Shown: positions 32,682-42,642, numbered from the stretch's first letter. The stretch: DNA of 64,000 nt from Gemmatimonadota bacterium (GCA_963666735.1 OY762926.1:3912541-3976540), one strand, 5' to 3'. The notes: a model not told the origin generated them from the sequence alone. Made by a program: numbers and translations.

Positions 32682-33227
32682 ATGGCCTTCATCGACTATC
32701 CGGATCCGGCGGGAATCCCCGAGGCGGACCGCGTCCCGGACGACGACAACATCATCCGCATTCACGGCGTCCACAGTCGCGTCATCCGGCTCCACTACGA
32801 TCTCTACCGCGAACTCATGTACGGGCCCGGCCCCCTTTCCCGGATTCAGAGGGAGATGATCGCGGTCACCGTGTCGGGACTCAACGCCTGCCGTTACTGA
32901 ATTGTCCATCACGGAGAGGGTCTCCGTCGTCTGCTCGAAGTCGCCGGCGCCGGCCGTTCCAGCGAGGAGAACGAACGCCTGATCGCCGCCCTCGCGACGG
33001 ACCATGAGGTGGCCGAGGTGGACGATGCCGACCGGGCGATGCTCGACTATGCCGCGCGACTCACGCTCGCGCCCGGCGGCGTGAACGAAGCCGCCGTCGA
33101 CAGCTTGAAGGCGCACGGTTTCGATGATCGCGCGATCCACGATATCTGCGCGGTCACGGCCTACTATGCGTTCGCGAACCGGATCGCCGACGGACTCGGC
33201 GTCGAACTCGAAGACGAGGGAGGCTGA
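32682..33227 (+). CDS. carboxymuconolactone decarboxylase / AhpD-like (peroxidase-related) family protein with an in-frame TGA (32898..32900) at the second Cys of the CxxC...H redox motif; candidate selenoprotein, or a nonsense pseudogene
   Basis: The track splits it into 32682..32900 and 33009..33227, but 32901..33008 is open and in frame. The joined 181-aa product reads ...SGLNACRY[TGA]IVHHGEG...AMLDYAARLTLAPGGVNEAAVDSLKAHGFDDRAIHDICAVTAYYAFANRIADGLGV. A hairpin ACGGAG-aggg-CTCCGT begins 11 nt after the TGA. Confidence 0.55.
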
Positions 33228-33232
33228 CGGAA

Positions 33233-33922
33233 TTGGCCATGCTTCCGCCGACACCGCCGCCGCGCGGACCGGGCGCGCCGGGCGCCTCGACCGTTCCGGC
33301 GAATCTCGACCATCTGCTGCTGGGGACCGCCGATCTGGAGGAAGGGGTCGCGTGGGTGGCCGGCCGGCTCGGCGCCGAAGCCGCGTTCGGCGGGCGTCAC
33401 GAGAACCTCGGCACCGCGAACTACCTCCTCTCGCTCGGGGGCGACATCTATCTTGAGATCCTCGGTCCCGACCCTGAAGCGCCTCCCCGGGAAGCCCCGC
33501 TCCCGTTCGGGATCGAAGAACTCGACGAGCCCAGGCTCGTCACGTGGGCAGCCCGCGGAACGGACCTCGAGGCGCTCGTCGCGCGGGCATCGGGCCGGGG
33601 CGTGCCGCTCGGGCCGGTGCGGCCCGGCTCCCGGCTGCGGCCGGACGGCACTGAACTGCGCTGGGATATCACGGCCTTCGCCGCGTTCCTCCACGACGGT
33701 CTCGTACCTTTTTTCATCGATTGGGGAACGACGCCGCACCCGGCCCGCGCCACGCCGGCGGGGGGGCGGCTGATCTCGTTCCGGGCCGAACACCCGGATC
33801 CCCCGGCGGTACGATCCACCCTCGAGGCGCTGGATTTGGCGCTCGAAGTGGACGAGGGGCCGGAGCCCGCCCTCGTGGCGCGGATTCGCACCCTGGGCGG
33901 TGACGAAGTGGCGCTGCGCTAA
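33233..33922 (+). CDS. VOC (glyoxalase-like) family protein
   Basis: Glyoxalase-like domain pattern (HLLLGTADLEEGVAW ... YLEILGPDP). Confidence 0.55.
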   Translation: MAMLPPTPPPRGPGAPGASTVPANLDHLLLGTADLEEGVAWVAGRLGAEAAFGGRHENLGTANYLLSLGGDIYLEILGPDPEAPPREAPLPFGIEELDEPRLVTWAARGTDLEALVARASGRGVPLGPVRPGSRLRPDGTELRWDITAFAAFLHDGLVPFFIDWGTTPHPARATPAGGRLISFRAEHPDPPAVRSTLEALDLALEVDEGPEPALVARIRTLGGDEVALR

Positions 33923-33927
33923 CAGAC

Positions 33928-35283
33928 ATGTCTTCAAGTTTCGAGGCGATATTCATGGGATTCACGGGATTCATGCGATTCATGAACGACACAGATTGGG
34001 CAGACCAGGCAGATCAGGCATTTCTGGCACATCGGACTCGGCGGGCGACCGGCTTCGCCGCAGGCCTCCTGACGCTGGCTCTGGTCGTGGCCGGCTGCGT
34101 GGACGACCCGACGGACCCCACCGGGCCGCCGCCGGAGGAGGGCGGATCGATCACGCTGGCGGCGGCCGTCGCCGAGAGTGGGCGGCACGGTCCGGAGGGG
34201 ATCGAAGTCGCGCGCGGGTATCGTCTCGCCGTCGAGATCCTCAACGAGAACGGCGGGATTCGCGGCCGGCCGGTGCAACTGGAGATTCGTGACGACGGGA
34301 GCGACGCCCAGGCGAGCGCGCGCCTGTACGCCGAACTCATCGCGTCCGGCACCGTCGACGCCCTGTTGGGACCGTTCAGCAGCCCGATCACGGAAGCCGT
34401 CCTCGCCGTCACCGAGGCCGCGGGCGTGCCGATGGTGGCGCCCATGGCGGCGGCGCCCGCGATCTGGTCCGGGCGGCAGCGGCAATGGAGCGTGCAGTTG
34501 CTGACTCCGGGACCGACCTATCTGCGGGGCTCCGTGGAGGTGTCCGTGTTCGGCGGCGCGCGGACCGTAGCCATCGCGTACGAGGACACATCGTTTCCCG
34601 CATCGGTGATCGAGGGCGTGCGCGAAGCGGTCCGGCGTCATGGGCTGGAGGTCGTGCTGGACCGATCCTATGATGTCGGAACGGCCGACCACGAGGCGAT
34701 CGCCGCCGCGGCGCGGGACGCCGGCGCGGACCTCTTCATCGGCGGGGGCTACGTCGCCGACGCCGTCGGCTTCGCCACCGCGGCGCCCGCCGTGGGCTAC
34801 CGGCCGGTTCTCATGAGTCTGCTCGTCGGGCCCGGGCAGCCGCAGTTCGCGCAAGCGGTGGGTGCGGCCGCGCGGTGCGTCGCCGGCAACGCGCCGTGGC
34901 ACCCGGCCGTCGGGACGTCCGGGTTCATCGCGGACAACGAGACCTTCGTCCGCCGTTACGAGGCGGCGCACGGAGAGACGCCGGGCTACCACGCGGCGGG
35001 AGGCTTCGCGGCGGTGGAACTCATGGCGGAAGGGTTCGATCAAACGACCCCCGGGGCGGGCGACCCCGATCGCGCCGCGCTGCGCGACTTCCTGTTCTCG
35101 GCCCGGACCGAGACCATCGCGGGTCCGTACGAGGTCGTTCCCATCGGCGACGCGGAGGCCGGAGCCCAGCGCGGGCTCAAGGGGCTGCAGGTCCAGTGGC
35201 AGGACGACGGCGACGGCGGCCTCGCCCTCCGGATCGTTCACCCCTGGGCCGACGCCGACGCGACCCCCTGCTACATGCGCTGA
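33928..35283 (+). CDS. periplasmic substrate-binding protein of a branched-chain amino acid-type ABC transporter (PBP1/LivK-like); no permease or ATPase genes adjacent
   Basis: Signal/lipoprotein N-terminus; Leu/Ile/Val-binding protein family pattern (YRLAVEILNENGGIRGRPVQLEIRDD...LLGPFSS). Confidence 0.75.
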   Translation: MSSSFEAIFMGFTGFMRFMNDTDWADQADQAFLAHRTRRATGFAAGLLTLALVVAGCVDDPTDPTGPPPEEGGSITLAAAVAESGRHGPEGIEVARGYRLAVEILNENGGIRGRPVQLEIRDDGSDAQASARLYAELIASGTVDALLGPFSSPITEAVLAVTEAAGVPMVAPMAAAPAIWSGRQRQWSVQLLTPGPTYLRGSVEVSVFGGARTVAIAYEDTSFPASVIEGVREAVRRHGLEVVLDRSYDVGTADHEAIAAAARDAGADLFIGGGYVADAVGFATAAPAVGYRPVLMSLLVGPGQPQFAQAVGAAARCVAGNAPWHPAVGTSGFIADNETFVRRYEAAHGETPGYHAAGGFAAVELMAEGFDQTTPGAGDPDRAALRDFLFSARTETIAGPYEVVPIGDAEAGAQRGLKGLQVQWQDDGDGGLALRIVHPWADADATPCYMR

Positions 35284-35304
35284 CTACATGCGCTGATCGG
35301 GCCC

Positions 35305-35334
35305 GGTCGCGTCCGGTAGTACCTGGACGCGACC
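35305..35334. terminator. perfect 10-bp-stem hairpin between convergent genes
   Basis: GGTCGCGTCC ggtagtacct GGACGCGACC. Confidence 0.4.
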
Positions 35335-35356
35335 AAACCCGTCGCTTCTACGCCCG

Positions 35357-38300
35357 CTACCTCCCGCGGATCCCGGCGGCGGCGCCGGCGGCGTTCTCCT
35401 CCGCCGGCCGCTCCCTCTCGAGCGGTCGCGCCTCGGGGTAGATCTCGTCGAGCGTCATCCCGTCATACAGCCGTCCGTCCTTCATCACATAGTGGATGTC
35501 GACGGTGCTGCGCAGTTCGTCGAGCGGGTTCGAGTTGAGGATGACGATGTCGGCGAATTTCCCCTCCTCGATGCTTCCGAGCTCATCCCCGAACCCGATC
35601 GCCTCGGCGCCGAGGATCGTCGCGGCCCTCAGCATGTCGAAGTTCGACGCGCCGCCGGCCGCCATCGCCCACAACTCCCAGTGGTAGCCGACGCCCTGGA
35701 TCTGCCCGTGGCTCCCCACGGCCATGCGGGCGTCCGCCTCGAGCATCTTCTTCACGAACTCGCCGTGACGCGGGAAGACATACTCTTCCTCCAGGAACCA
35801 GCCGCCTTCTCCGGGACTCCCCCCGGCGCCGGGCCCGCGCCGCCGCGCCCGCGCGTCGATGTTCGCCTTGGGCACGAACGTCGCGAGCTTCTCGTCCCCG
35901 AGCACGTCCTCGTGCGTGTAGAAGTAGTTCTCGCCGAACGGGCCGCCGTACGAGACGAGCAGGGTCGGGCTGTTCGTCGTCTCCGACGTCTTGAACAGTT
36001 CGACCACGTCCGAGTAGATGGGCGCGATCGGGAGGTTGTGCTCGATGCCGGGGTATCCGTCGATCGCATGCGTGATGTCGATCTTGTAGTCGAGCCCGCC
36101 CTCCGTCGTGGGCATGAGTTCGAGGTCGCGCGCCGCCTGGATGATCCACTGACGCTGCTGGCGGTTGCCCGTCATGTACATCTTGAGCGTCTTCGTGTCG
36201 AAGTACTCCGCGTAGCGCCGCAGGATGGTCTTCGCGTGGTCCGCGTCGCGGAGGTTCTCGCCCGCGAACACGCCGGGTCCCGTCGAATAGATGCGCGGCC
36301 CGGTCATGCCGCCGGTCCGCACCCGGTCCGTGTAGCTGAGGATGTCGGTCGTCGCGGTCTGCGGATCGCGCGTCGTGGTGACGCCGTAGGAGAGCGTCGC
36401 GAGGTACTGCCACACCTCCTCCGGATGAACCTCCGGCACGAGCCACTGCGCGTGATAGTGGGTGTCGATGAAGCCGGGGACGAGCGTCTTTCCGCTCACG
36501 TCGATGACGGTGGCGCTGTCCGGGACCTCGACCGAGTCGGCGGGGCCCACGGCGACGATGCGGTTGTCCGTCACGAGTACCACGCCGTCCTCGATGATGC
36601 GCGGTTTCATGGCGGGTTCCGGCGGCTCCGCGGGGGTGTCCTCCTCCTCCGCGGCTTCGGCCGCGCCCTCCGCGCCCTCCGCAGCTTCGGCCGGCGTCTC
36701 CGCCGGATCGTCCGGGGCCGCCCCCGCCGTGTCCGCCGGCGCCCCCGCCGTATCCGCCGGCGTGTCCTCCGGGACCTCGGTCATGGTGATGATCCGCCCG
36801 CCGGTGAGCGCCACCGTGCCGCGCGGGATGTCCCGGGGCAGCTGCGCCTCGATCCGGCGCTCGTGCGCCTCGTACGTCTCCGTCGTGTCGGCGAGGACCT
36901 CCTCGTCGCCCGCCCGCACCGCGGCCGATTTCGCGGCCACCTCCTCCGCCGCCTGTCGGATCGAGTCGGCGCGGGCCAGCAACGAGTCCGCCTCGACTTG
37001 CACGGAGTCGGCCTGGAGTCGGGTGATCTCGTCCTCCAGCTCCTCCGGTACCTCCTCGTCGGCGTTCTCGAGGCTGTCCGCCTCGGCGCGCTTCTCCTTG
37101 AGGGTGTCGGTGACCGCCGCCGCCCTGACGCGCAGGAGGGCGCGCGCGTGGGCGGTGGCTTCCTCCTCCTCTTCCTCCGCCTCGACGCGGTCCAGGTCGT
37201 ACGTGAACAGCACGTTCCCCAGGGCCCAGTGCAGGGCGCCGCCGTCGGGCGCCCACGAGGCGAACTCACCGCCCACGTCCGTGACCTTGCGCACCGGCAC
37301 CGGGGCGTCGTCCACCCGGAACAGCGTGATCGTCGGCGGGGTGTCGCCGACTTCGGCCAGGTCCGCCACGAAGAGGTCCCGTCCGAACTGCACGAAGGCG
37401 CGGTCGCCCGCCGGCGACAGCACGATCAGGCCGGCCGGCTGCGGTCCGCCCGGCTCCGCCGGCGGGTCCGGGTCCGTGGGGTCGGGGCCCTGCCGCCAGG
37501 GGAAGACGCGTCGCGGCAGGAACTCCCACTCGTTCGGGTGCGGGTCGCCGATGCCGGCGATGCCCTGCCGCCCGCGCACGATCAGATGGCGCTTCACGTC
37601 CGTCCCGTCCCAGCGGAAGGACACCAGCCCCTCGACCGGGCTGTACGCGTAGATCCGGTCCGGATCGTCCGCCGCGAAATGGGGCACGTCGCGGAGTCCC
37701 GTGGGTGAGATGACCTCCGCCTCCGCCGGCTCGGTTCCCGCCGTCGGCACCCACACGAACTCGCCGCCGATGGGGCCGAAGAAGGCTCCGGCCGCTTCCT
37801 TGAGCTGCCGGGCGGCGCCTCGCGAGGCGACGATCCGCTCGCCGTCGGGGGACCAGGCGACGTTGTAATAGAGGGCCGCCGTGGCCGAGAGCCGGATCGG
37901 TTCGCCGCCTTCCACCGCGACCTTCATGATGTGGCCGCCGTCCGAGTCGTCCCAGGTCGTGTAGGCGATCCAGCGGCCGTCCGGCGACCACTGGGGATGG
38001 AACTCGCCCGCGTCGCCCTCGGTGAGACGCCGCGGCTCGCCGTCGGGCAGATCGCGGATCCAGAGGCGGTCGAAGGCCGTGAACACCAACTGGCCGCCGC
38101 CCGGGCCGACGACCGGACTCCGGATCTGGCTCGCCGTGACCATTGCCGTGGTGTCGATCTGGTACTCGAACTTCACCTGCGGGCCGACGTCGAGTTCGAC
38201 CTCCGCCTCGAACGGGATCTCCGTCGCCTCGCCCCCGTCCATGGGGACGTTCCAGATCTTGCCGCCATACGAGATCACGATCGCCGAACCATCCGGGAGG

Positions 38301-39229
38301 AAGGCGTAGCCCGGCATGACATCGAGAGGCGCCCGCGACTCCTGCTCGTCCCGCTGCACCGGATAGGCGAGCCAGCTCTCCTCTCCCGTCTCGAGGTCGC
38401 GCTTCCGGAGGCCCGTATCCGCGTTGTAGCGCGTGCCGTACACGAGCCAGCGGCCATCGGGCGAGATCGCCGGCCGGAACGCCGACCCGTAGCGGTTGGT
38501 CATGGTCGTCGTGGCGCCCGTCTCGCGGTCGTAGCGGTAGAGCTGGTAGAGGGGCAGCACCGCGTTGTACGTCCAGTCCCCGAAGCCCCCGGCGTACCAC
38601 ACGTAGCGCCCGTCCGGGCTGAACGCCGCGCCGATCCGCTTGAGGAAAGACGATCCCGGCAGCGGCAGGGGAGACCCGCGCTCGGCGTGGTACATCGCGA
38701 GGGACGCGACGCCGCCCAGCCCGTTCGAGCGGCTGGCCACGATGTAGACGCCGTCCGGGCTCCATTCGGGCGACAGCATGAGGCTGGACCCGCCTCCGGC
38801 CACGCGGGTCGTGTCCGTGAGGTCGAGGCGCATCTTCCACAGCGCATCGCCCCCGCTGCGGTCGGAGATGAAGGCCACCGACTCGCCGTCCGGGCTGAAG
38901 CGGGGCTGCGTCTCGTAGGCCATCCCCGTGAGCAGGGGCGACGCCTTCCCGCCCTCGATGGGCATCGTGTACAGATCTCCGAGGAGGTCGAAGACGATCG
39001 TCGTCCCGTCGGGACTCACGTCGAGCGAAATCCAGGTGCCTTCCGTCGCCGTGAAGCTCGCCGTGCGGGCACTTCGCAACGGGAGCGGCTGCCGGCCTCC
39101 GGGCCCGCCGGGGCCGATCATCACCTGGGCCGCCGCCGGCGCGGCGGCCGCCGAAGCCACGAGCGCGGCGAGCGCCGCCGCCCGCCCCATCCGTGCCAGC
39201 TTCTCGGTCCGCCTCCCGCGGGGGGTCAT
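35357..39229 (-). CDS. secreted giant PD40 (TolB-like) beta-propeller plus amidohydrolase-family protein, copy 1, with a roughly 130-aa acidic/coiled-coil insertion
   Basis: Signal peptide; repeated PD40 motifs (SPDG...VF); C-terminal amidohydrolase signature (GKTLVPGFIDTHYHAQW ... HG); the insertion is rich in E, D and A relative to copy 2. Confidence 0.75.
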   Translation of the reverse strand: MTPRGRRTEKLARMGRAAALAALVASAAAAPAAAQVMIGPGGPGGRQPLPLRSARTASFTATEGTWISLDVSPDGTTIVFDLLGDLYTMPIEGGKASPLLTGMAYETQPRFSPDGESVAFISDRSGGDALWKMRLDLTDTTRVAGGGSSLMLSPEWSPDGVYIVASRSNGLGGVASLAMYHAERGSPLPLPGSSFLKRIGAAFSPDGRYVWYAGGFGDWTYNAVLPLYQLYRYDRETGATTTMTNRYGSAFRPAISPDGRWLVYGTRYNADTGLRKRDLETGEESWLAYPVQRDEQESRAPLDVMPGYAFLPDGSAIVISYGGKIWNVPMDGGEATEIPFEAEVELDVGPQVKFEYQIDTTAMVTASQIRSPVVGPGGGQLVFTAFDRLWIRDLPDGEPRRLTEGDAGEFHPQWSPDGRWIAYTTWDDSDGGHIMKVAVEGGEPIRLSATAALYYNVAWSPDGERIVASRGAARQLKEAAGAFFGPIGGEFVWVPTAGTEPAEAEVISPTGLRDVPHFAADDPDRIYAYSPVEGLVSFRWDGTDVKRHLIVRGRQGIAGIGDPHPNEWEFLPRRVFPWRQGPDPTDPDPPAEPGGPQPAGLIVLSPAGDRAFVQFGRDLFVADLAEVGDTPPTITLFRVDDAPVPVRKVTDVGGEFASWAPDGGALHWALGNVLFTYDLDRVEAEEEEEEATAHARALLRVRAAAVTDTLKEKRAEADSLENADEEVPEELEDEITRLQADSVQVEADSLLARADSIRQAAEEVAAKSAAVRAGDEEVLADTTETYEAHERRIEAQLPRDIPRGTVALTGGRIITMTEVPEDTPADTAGAPADTAGAAPDDPAETPAEAAEGAEGAAEAAEEEDTPAEPPEPAMKPRIIEDGVVLVTDNRIVAVGPADSVEVPDSATVIDVSGKTLVPGFIDTHYHAQWLVPEVHPEEVWQYLATLSYGVTTTRDPQTATTDILSYTDRVRTGGMTGPRIYSTGPGVFAGENLRDADHAKTILRRYAEYFDTKTLKMYMTGNRQQRQWIIQAARDLELMPTTEGGLDYKIDITHAIDGYPGIEHNLPIAPIYSDVVELFKTSETTNSPTLLVSYGGPFGENYFYTHEDVLGDEKLATFVPKANIDARARRRGPGAGGSPGEGGWFLEEEYVFPRHGEFVKKMLEADARMAVGSHGQIQGVGYHWELWAMAAGGASNFDMLRAATILGAEAIGFGDELGSIEEGKFADIVILNSNPLDELRSTVDIHYVMKDGRLYDGMTLDEIYPEARPLERERPAEENAAGAAAGIRGR

Positions 39230-42200
39230 CGGTCACCTCCCGGGACTCCGGCGCCTACAGATGTCGTTACGGCGGGCGCGGTATCCCTCCACGCTTCGTT
39301 CGGGGCCGGCCGTTGTCGGGGCCACAGCTCATCGAGCGTGTCGCCATCGTAGAGTCGCCCGTTCATCATCACCTTGTCGATCGTGTTCGTGTTGCGGATG
39401 TTCGCGAGCGGGTCCGCGTCGAGGATCACGAGATCCGCGAGCTTGCCCGGTTCGATGGAGCCCAGGTCGCCGCTGAGGCCGATCGCGTCGGCCCCCATGA
39501 GCGTCGCGGCGCGCAGCGCGTCGTGCTCGTCCATGCCGCCGCTCTGGAGCGCCCACAGCTCCCAGTGATAGCCGAGTCCCTGCAACTGGCCGTGGCTGCC
39601 GACGCCGGTGTTCCCGCCGCCCTCGACGAGGTCCGCGAGCCACGCCGCGTGCTTCGGGAAGGCGTACTCCTCCTCGGCGAACCAGCCGCCCGGCCCCGGT
39701 CCGGTGAACAGCCCCAGACGCCGGGCCTTGATGTCGAGTTCCCGCTTCGGCGTGAAGTGCGTCAGCTTCTCATCGCCGAAGATGTCCCAGCGCGTGTAGA
39801 AGTAGTTCTCCGCCCACGGTCCCCCGTAGGAGACGAGGAGGGTGGGGGAGTTCACCGTACCCGACGTCGCGAACAGTTCCACGACGTCGTTGTACGCCGG
39901 AATGATCGGCATGGAGTGCTCGATCCCCGGATATCCGTCCATCGCGTGCGTCATGTTCAGGCGGTACTCGAGGCCGCCCTCGGTCGTGGGCATGAGCCCG
40001 AGTTCGCGCGCCGCCATGATGAGCCACTGCCGCTGCCGCCGGTTGCCCGACATGTACATCTTGAACGTCTTCGTGTCGTAGTACCGGCTGTACTTCCGCA
40101 GGACATCGAGCGCGTGCTCGTAGCTGCGGATGAAGTCGAACTGGAACACGCCGGGGCCCGTGTGGTAGACGCGCGGCCCCACCATCCGGCCCGCCCGCAC
40201 CATGTCCTCGTAGGAGAGCACGTCGGTGGTCGCCGTCTGCGGGTCGCGGGTCGTCGTCACCCCGTAGGCGAGGTTGGCCTGGTAGATCCAGGGCCGCGCC
40301 CAGTGGAAGTCCCACAGGTTCCACATGTGGGCGTGCGTGTCGACGAACCCGGGCACCACCGTCTTCCCGCTGATGTCGACGACCTGCGCGCCCTCGGGCA
40401 CTTCGCCCGGCCCCGCCCGCACCGAAGCGATCCGGTTGTCTGTGATCACGATGTCGGCGTTGTCCAGGATCTCGTCGCCGTTCATGGTGATCGCGCGCGC
40501 TCCGCGCAGGACCACCGTGCCGCGCGGAATGTCGCGCTCGGCCGTCACTTCGATCTGCTGTTCCGCCGGCGCGTAGGCCGTGTCGGCGAGGGCCGCGTCC
40601 AGATCGTAGGTGAACAGGGCGTTGCCCAGCGACCAGTGGATCGTGCGCCCGTCCGCCCCCCACACGGGGAATTCGGCCCCGAGTTCGTTGAGCTTCCAGG
40701 CGGGCACGCCCGCCGAGTCCGGCTTCGCGACATCGATTCGCGGGAGCGTGGCGCCGAGGTCCGGCACCGTGACCGCGTACAGGTCATCGCCGATGTGCGC
40801 CAGCGCGAGGTCGCCCCGCGGCGCCATGACGACCGACCCGGCCCCCAGTCGGAGGATGAGCTCGCGCGGCTCGTCGTGGTCGAAGGTCGGCGGCATGGGC
40901 AGGTCCGACCGGGGAGAGCGGTCGTACCGCCCGGCCCGCGACGGGACGCCGCCCGCGCCGAGGTTCGCCCGCGACGTGACCGCCAGGTGCTGCCGCCGGT
41001 CCGTGTCGTCCCAGCGGGCGGACGAGAGCGCGGTCGTCGCGATGGGCGGGATGGGCGACCCGGGCACCGCGTCGGCTCGTGCCAGACCGTAGTAGTAGAT
41101 GCGGTCCGGGTCCGAGGTGAAGTGCGGCTGCCGGCGTCCGCCCGTCGGCCCGATGCGGGTGAGTGCGCCGCCGTCCGCCGGGATCCAGACGAACTCCGAA
41201 TCCAGCCCGAATCCGATGAAGGGGTCGACGGCCTCCTGCACGTTCCGCCGCGAGGAGCGAATGGCCACGATGCGCCCGCCGTCGGGAGACCAGGCGGGTT
41301 GCTGATAGTAGGCCGGCTCCCGGGTGAGGCTCGTGCTCGCGCCGCCGTCCGCAGACACCCGGCGGATGTGTCCCTCGCCCGTGTCGTCATCCCACGTCAC
41401 GTACGCGACGGACCCTCCGTCCGGCGACCATACCGGGTGATACTCTCCCACGTCGTCGCCGGTGAGGCGGCGCGGGGTCCCGTCCGCCACGTCCGCGACG
41501 TAGAGCCGGTCCAGCGCGGTGAACGCCACGCGCGTCCCGTCCGGCGACGGCCGGGTGTTGCGGATCTGCTTCACGACGAAGGTCGGGGTGTCCTCGATCG
41601 GATACTCGAAATCGACTTCCGGGCCGACCGCGATCTCCGCGTTGACCGTGAACGGGATCTCGGCCGGCTCGCTCCCGTCGACGGGCACGCGCCAGATCCC
41701 GCCCCCGTAAGAGACGACGATCGCCTCCGAGTCGGGCGTGAACGAGTAGCCCGGCAGCACGTCCATGGTGGCCGTCGATTCCTGGTCGTCCCGCTGCACC
41801 GGGTAGGCGAGCCACCGTTCCTCGCCCGAGTCGAGTTCGCGCAGCCGGATCCCCGTCTCGGTGTCCTCGCGGGTGGCGTAGGCGAGCCATTCCCCGTCGG
41901 GCGAGAGGGCGGGGCGGAACGCGGAGCCGTACCGGCTCGTCATCGGCGTCCGGGTTCCCGTCCGGCGGTCGTAGACCCAGAGCTGGTACTGCGGGAAGAT
42001 CGCGTTGTACTGCCAGGTGCCGAGGCGTTGCGCGTACCAGATGTAGCGCCCCTCGGCGTCCACCGCCGCGCCCAGCATGCGTTGCGCCCCGCTCCCGCCG
42101 ACCATCTCGAGGCCGGTGCCGCCGTCCACGTGATAGAGCCAGAGCTTCTCGAGGCCGAAGAACGCCCGCGAGCGCGAGACGACGACGTACTTGCCGTCCG

Positions 42201-42642
42201 GCATCCACTCCGGCGAGAGGAAGACGCTCCCGATCCCCTTGCTGAGCTGCGTCGGCTCGCCCCCCTCCGCGTCCATGAGCCACACGTTCTCGTCGCCGCT
42301 GCGGTCCGAGACGAAGACGATCCGCGACCCGTCCGGACTGAAGCGCGGCTGCATGTCGTGCGGCAGGCCGCTCGTGAGCCGCGTCGCCTCGCCGCCCGCG
42401 ATGGGCATCCGGTAGAGGTCGCCCAGGAGGTCGAAGACGAGCGTCTGGCCGTCCGGACTCACATCGAGCGAGATCCAGGTCCCCTCGTTCGTCGTGAAGC
42501 GGGCCCAGCGTGCCGGTTCGAGGGGAAGACCCCGGTCGGGATCCTTCTTCTCCTCCTCCTGGGCCGCGACGGGCAGGGGTGCGAGCAGCGGTGCGAGCAG
42601 CAGCAGAGCGGCTGCCCAGCGGCGACAATGGAACGACAGCAT
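39226..42642 (-). CDS. secreted PD40 beta-propeller plus amidohydrolase-family protein, copy 2 (tandem paralog)
   Basis: Same architecture (GKTVVPGFVDTHAHMW); start trimmed to the ATG at 42642 (MLSFHCRRWAAALLLLAPLL signal peptide); its stop overlaps the start of copy 1 (ATGA). Confidence 0.75.
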   Translation of the reverse strand: MLSFHCRRWAAALLLLAPLLAPLPVAAQEEEKKDPDRGLPLEPARWARFTTNEGTWISLDVSPDGQTLVFDLLGDLYRMPIAGGEATRLTSGLPHDMQPRFSPDGSRIVFVSDRSGDENVWLMDAEGGEPTQLSKGIGSVFLSPEWMPDGKYVVVSRSRAFFGLEKLWLYHVDGGTGLEMVGGSGAQRMLGAAVDAEGRYIWYAQRLGTWQYNAIFPQYQLWVYDRRTGTRTPMTSRYGSAFRPALSPDGEWLAYATREDTETGIRLRELDSGEERWLAYPVQRDDQESTATMDVLPGYSFTPDSEAIVVSYGGGIWRVPVDGSEPAEIPFTVNAEIAVGPEVDFEYPIEDTPTFVVKQIRNTRPSPDGTRVAFTALDRLYVADVADGTPRRLTGDDVGEYHPVWSPDGGSVAYVTWDDDTGEGHIRRVSADGGASTSLTREPAYYQQPAWSPDGGRIVAIRSSRRNVQEAVDPFIGFGLDSEFVWIPADGGALTRIGPTGGRRQPHFTSDPDRIYYYGLARADAVPGSPIPPIATTALSSARWDDTDRRQHLAVTSRANLGAGGVPSRAGRYDRSPRSDLPMPPTFDHDEPRELILRLGAGSVVMAPRGDLALAHIGDDLYAVTVPDLGATLPRIDVAKPDSAGVPAWKLNELGAEFPVWGADGRTIHWSLGNALFTYDLDAALADTAYAPAEQQIEVTAERDIPRGTVVLRGARAITMNGDEILDNADIVITDNRIASVRAGPGEVPEGAQVVDISGKTVVPGFVDTHAHMWNLWDFHWARPWIYQANLAYGVTTTRDPQTATTDVLSYEDMVRAGRMVGPRVYHTGPGVFQFDFIRSYEHALDVLRKYSRYYDTKTFKMYMSGNRRQRQWLIMAARELGLMPTTEGGLEYRLNMTHAMDGYPGIEHSMPIIPAYNDVVELFATSGTVNSPTLLVSYGGPWAENYFYTRWDIFGDEKLTHFTPKRELDIKARRLGLFTGPGPGGWFAEEEYAFPKHAAWLADLVEGGGNTGVGSHGQLQGLGYHWELWALQSGGMDEHDALRAATLMGADAIGLSGDLGSIEPGKLADLVILDADPLANIRNTNTIDKVMMNGRLYDGDTLDELWPRQRPAPNEAWRDTAPAVTTSVGAGVPGGDR

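Noticed and set aside
33009-33227. 72-aa track ORF called as a separate gene
   Set aside because: It is the in-frame C-terminal continuation of the CMD/AhpD-like gene that begins at 32682, separated only by the single TGA.
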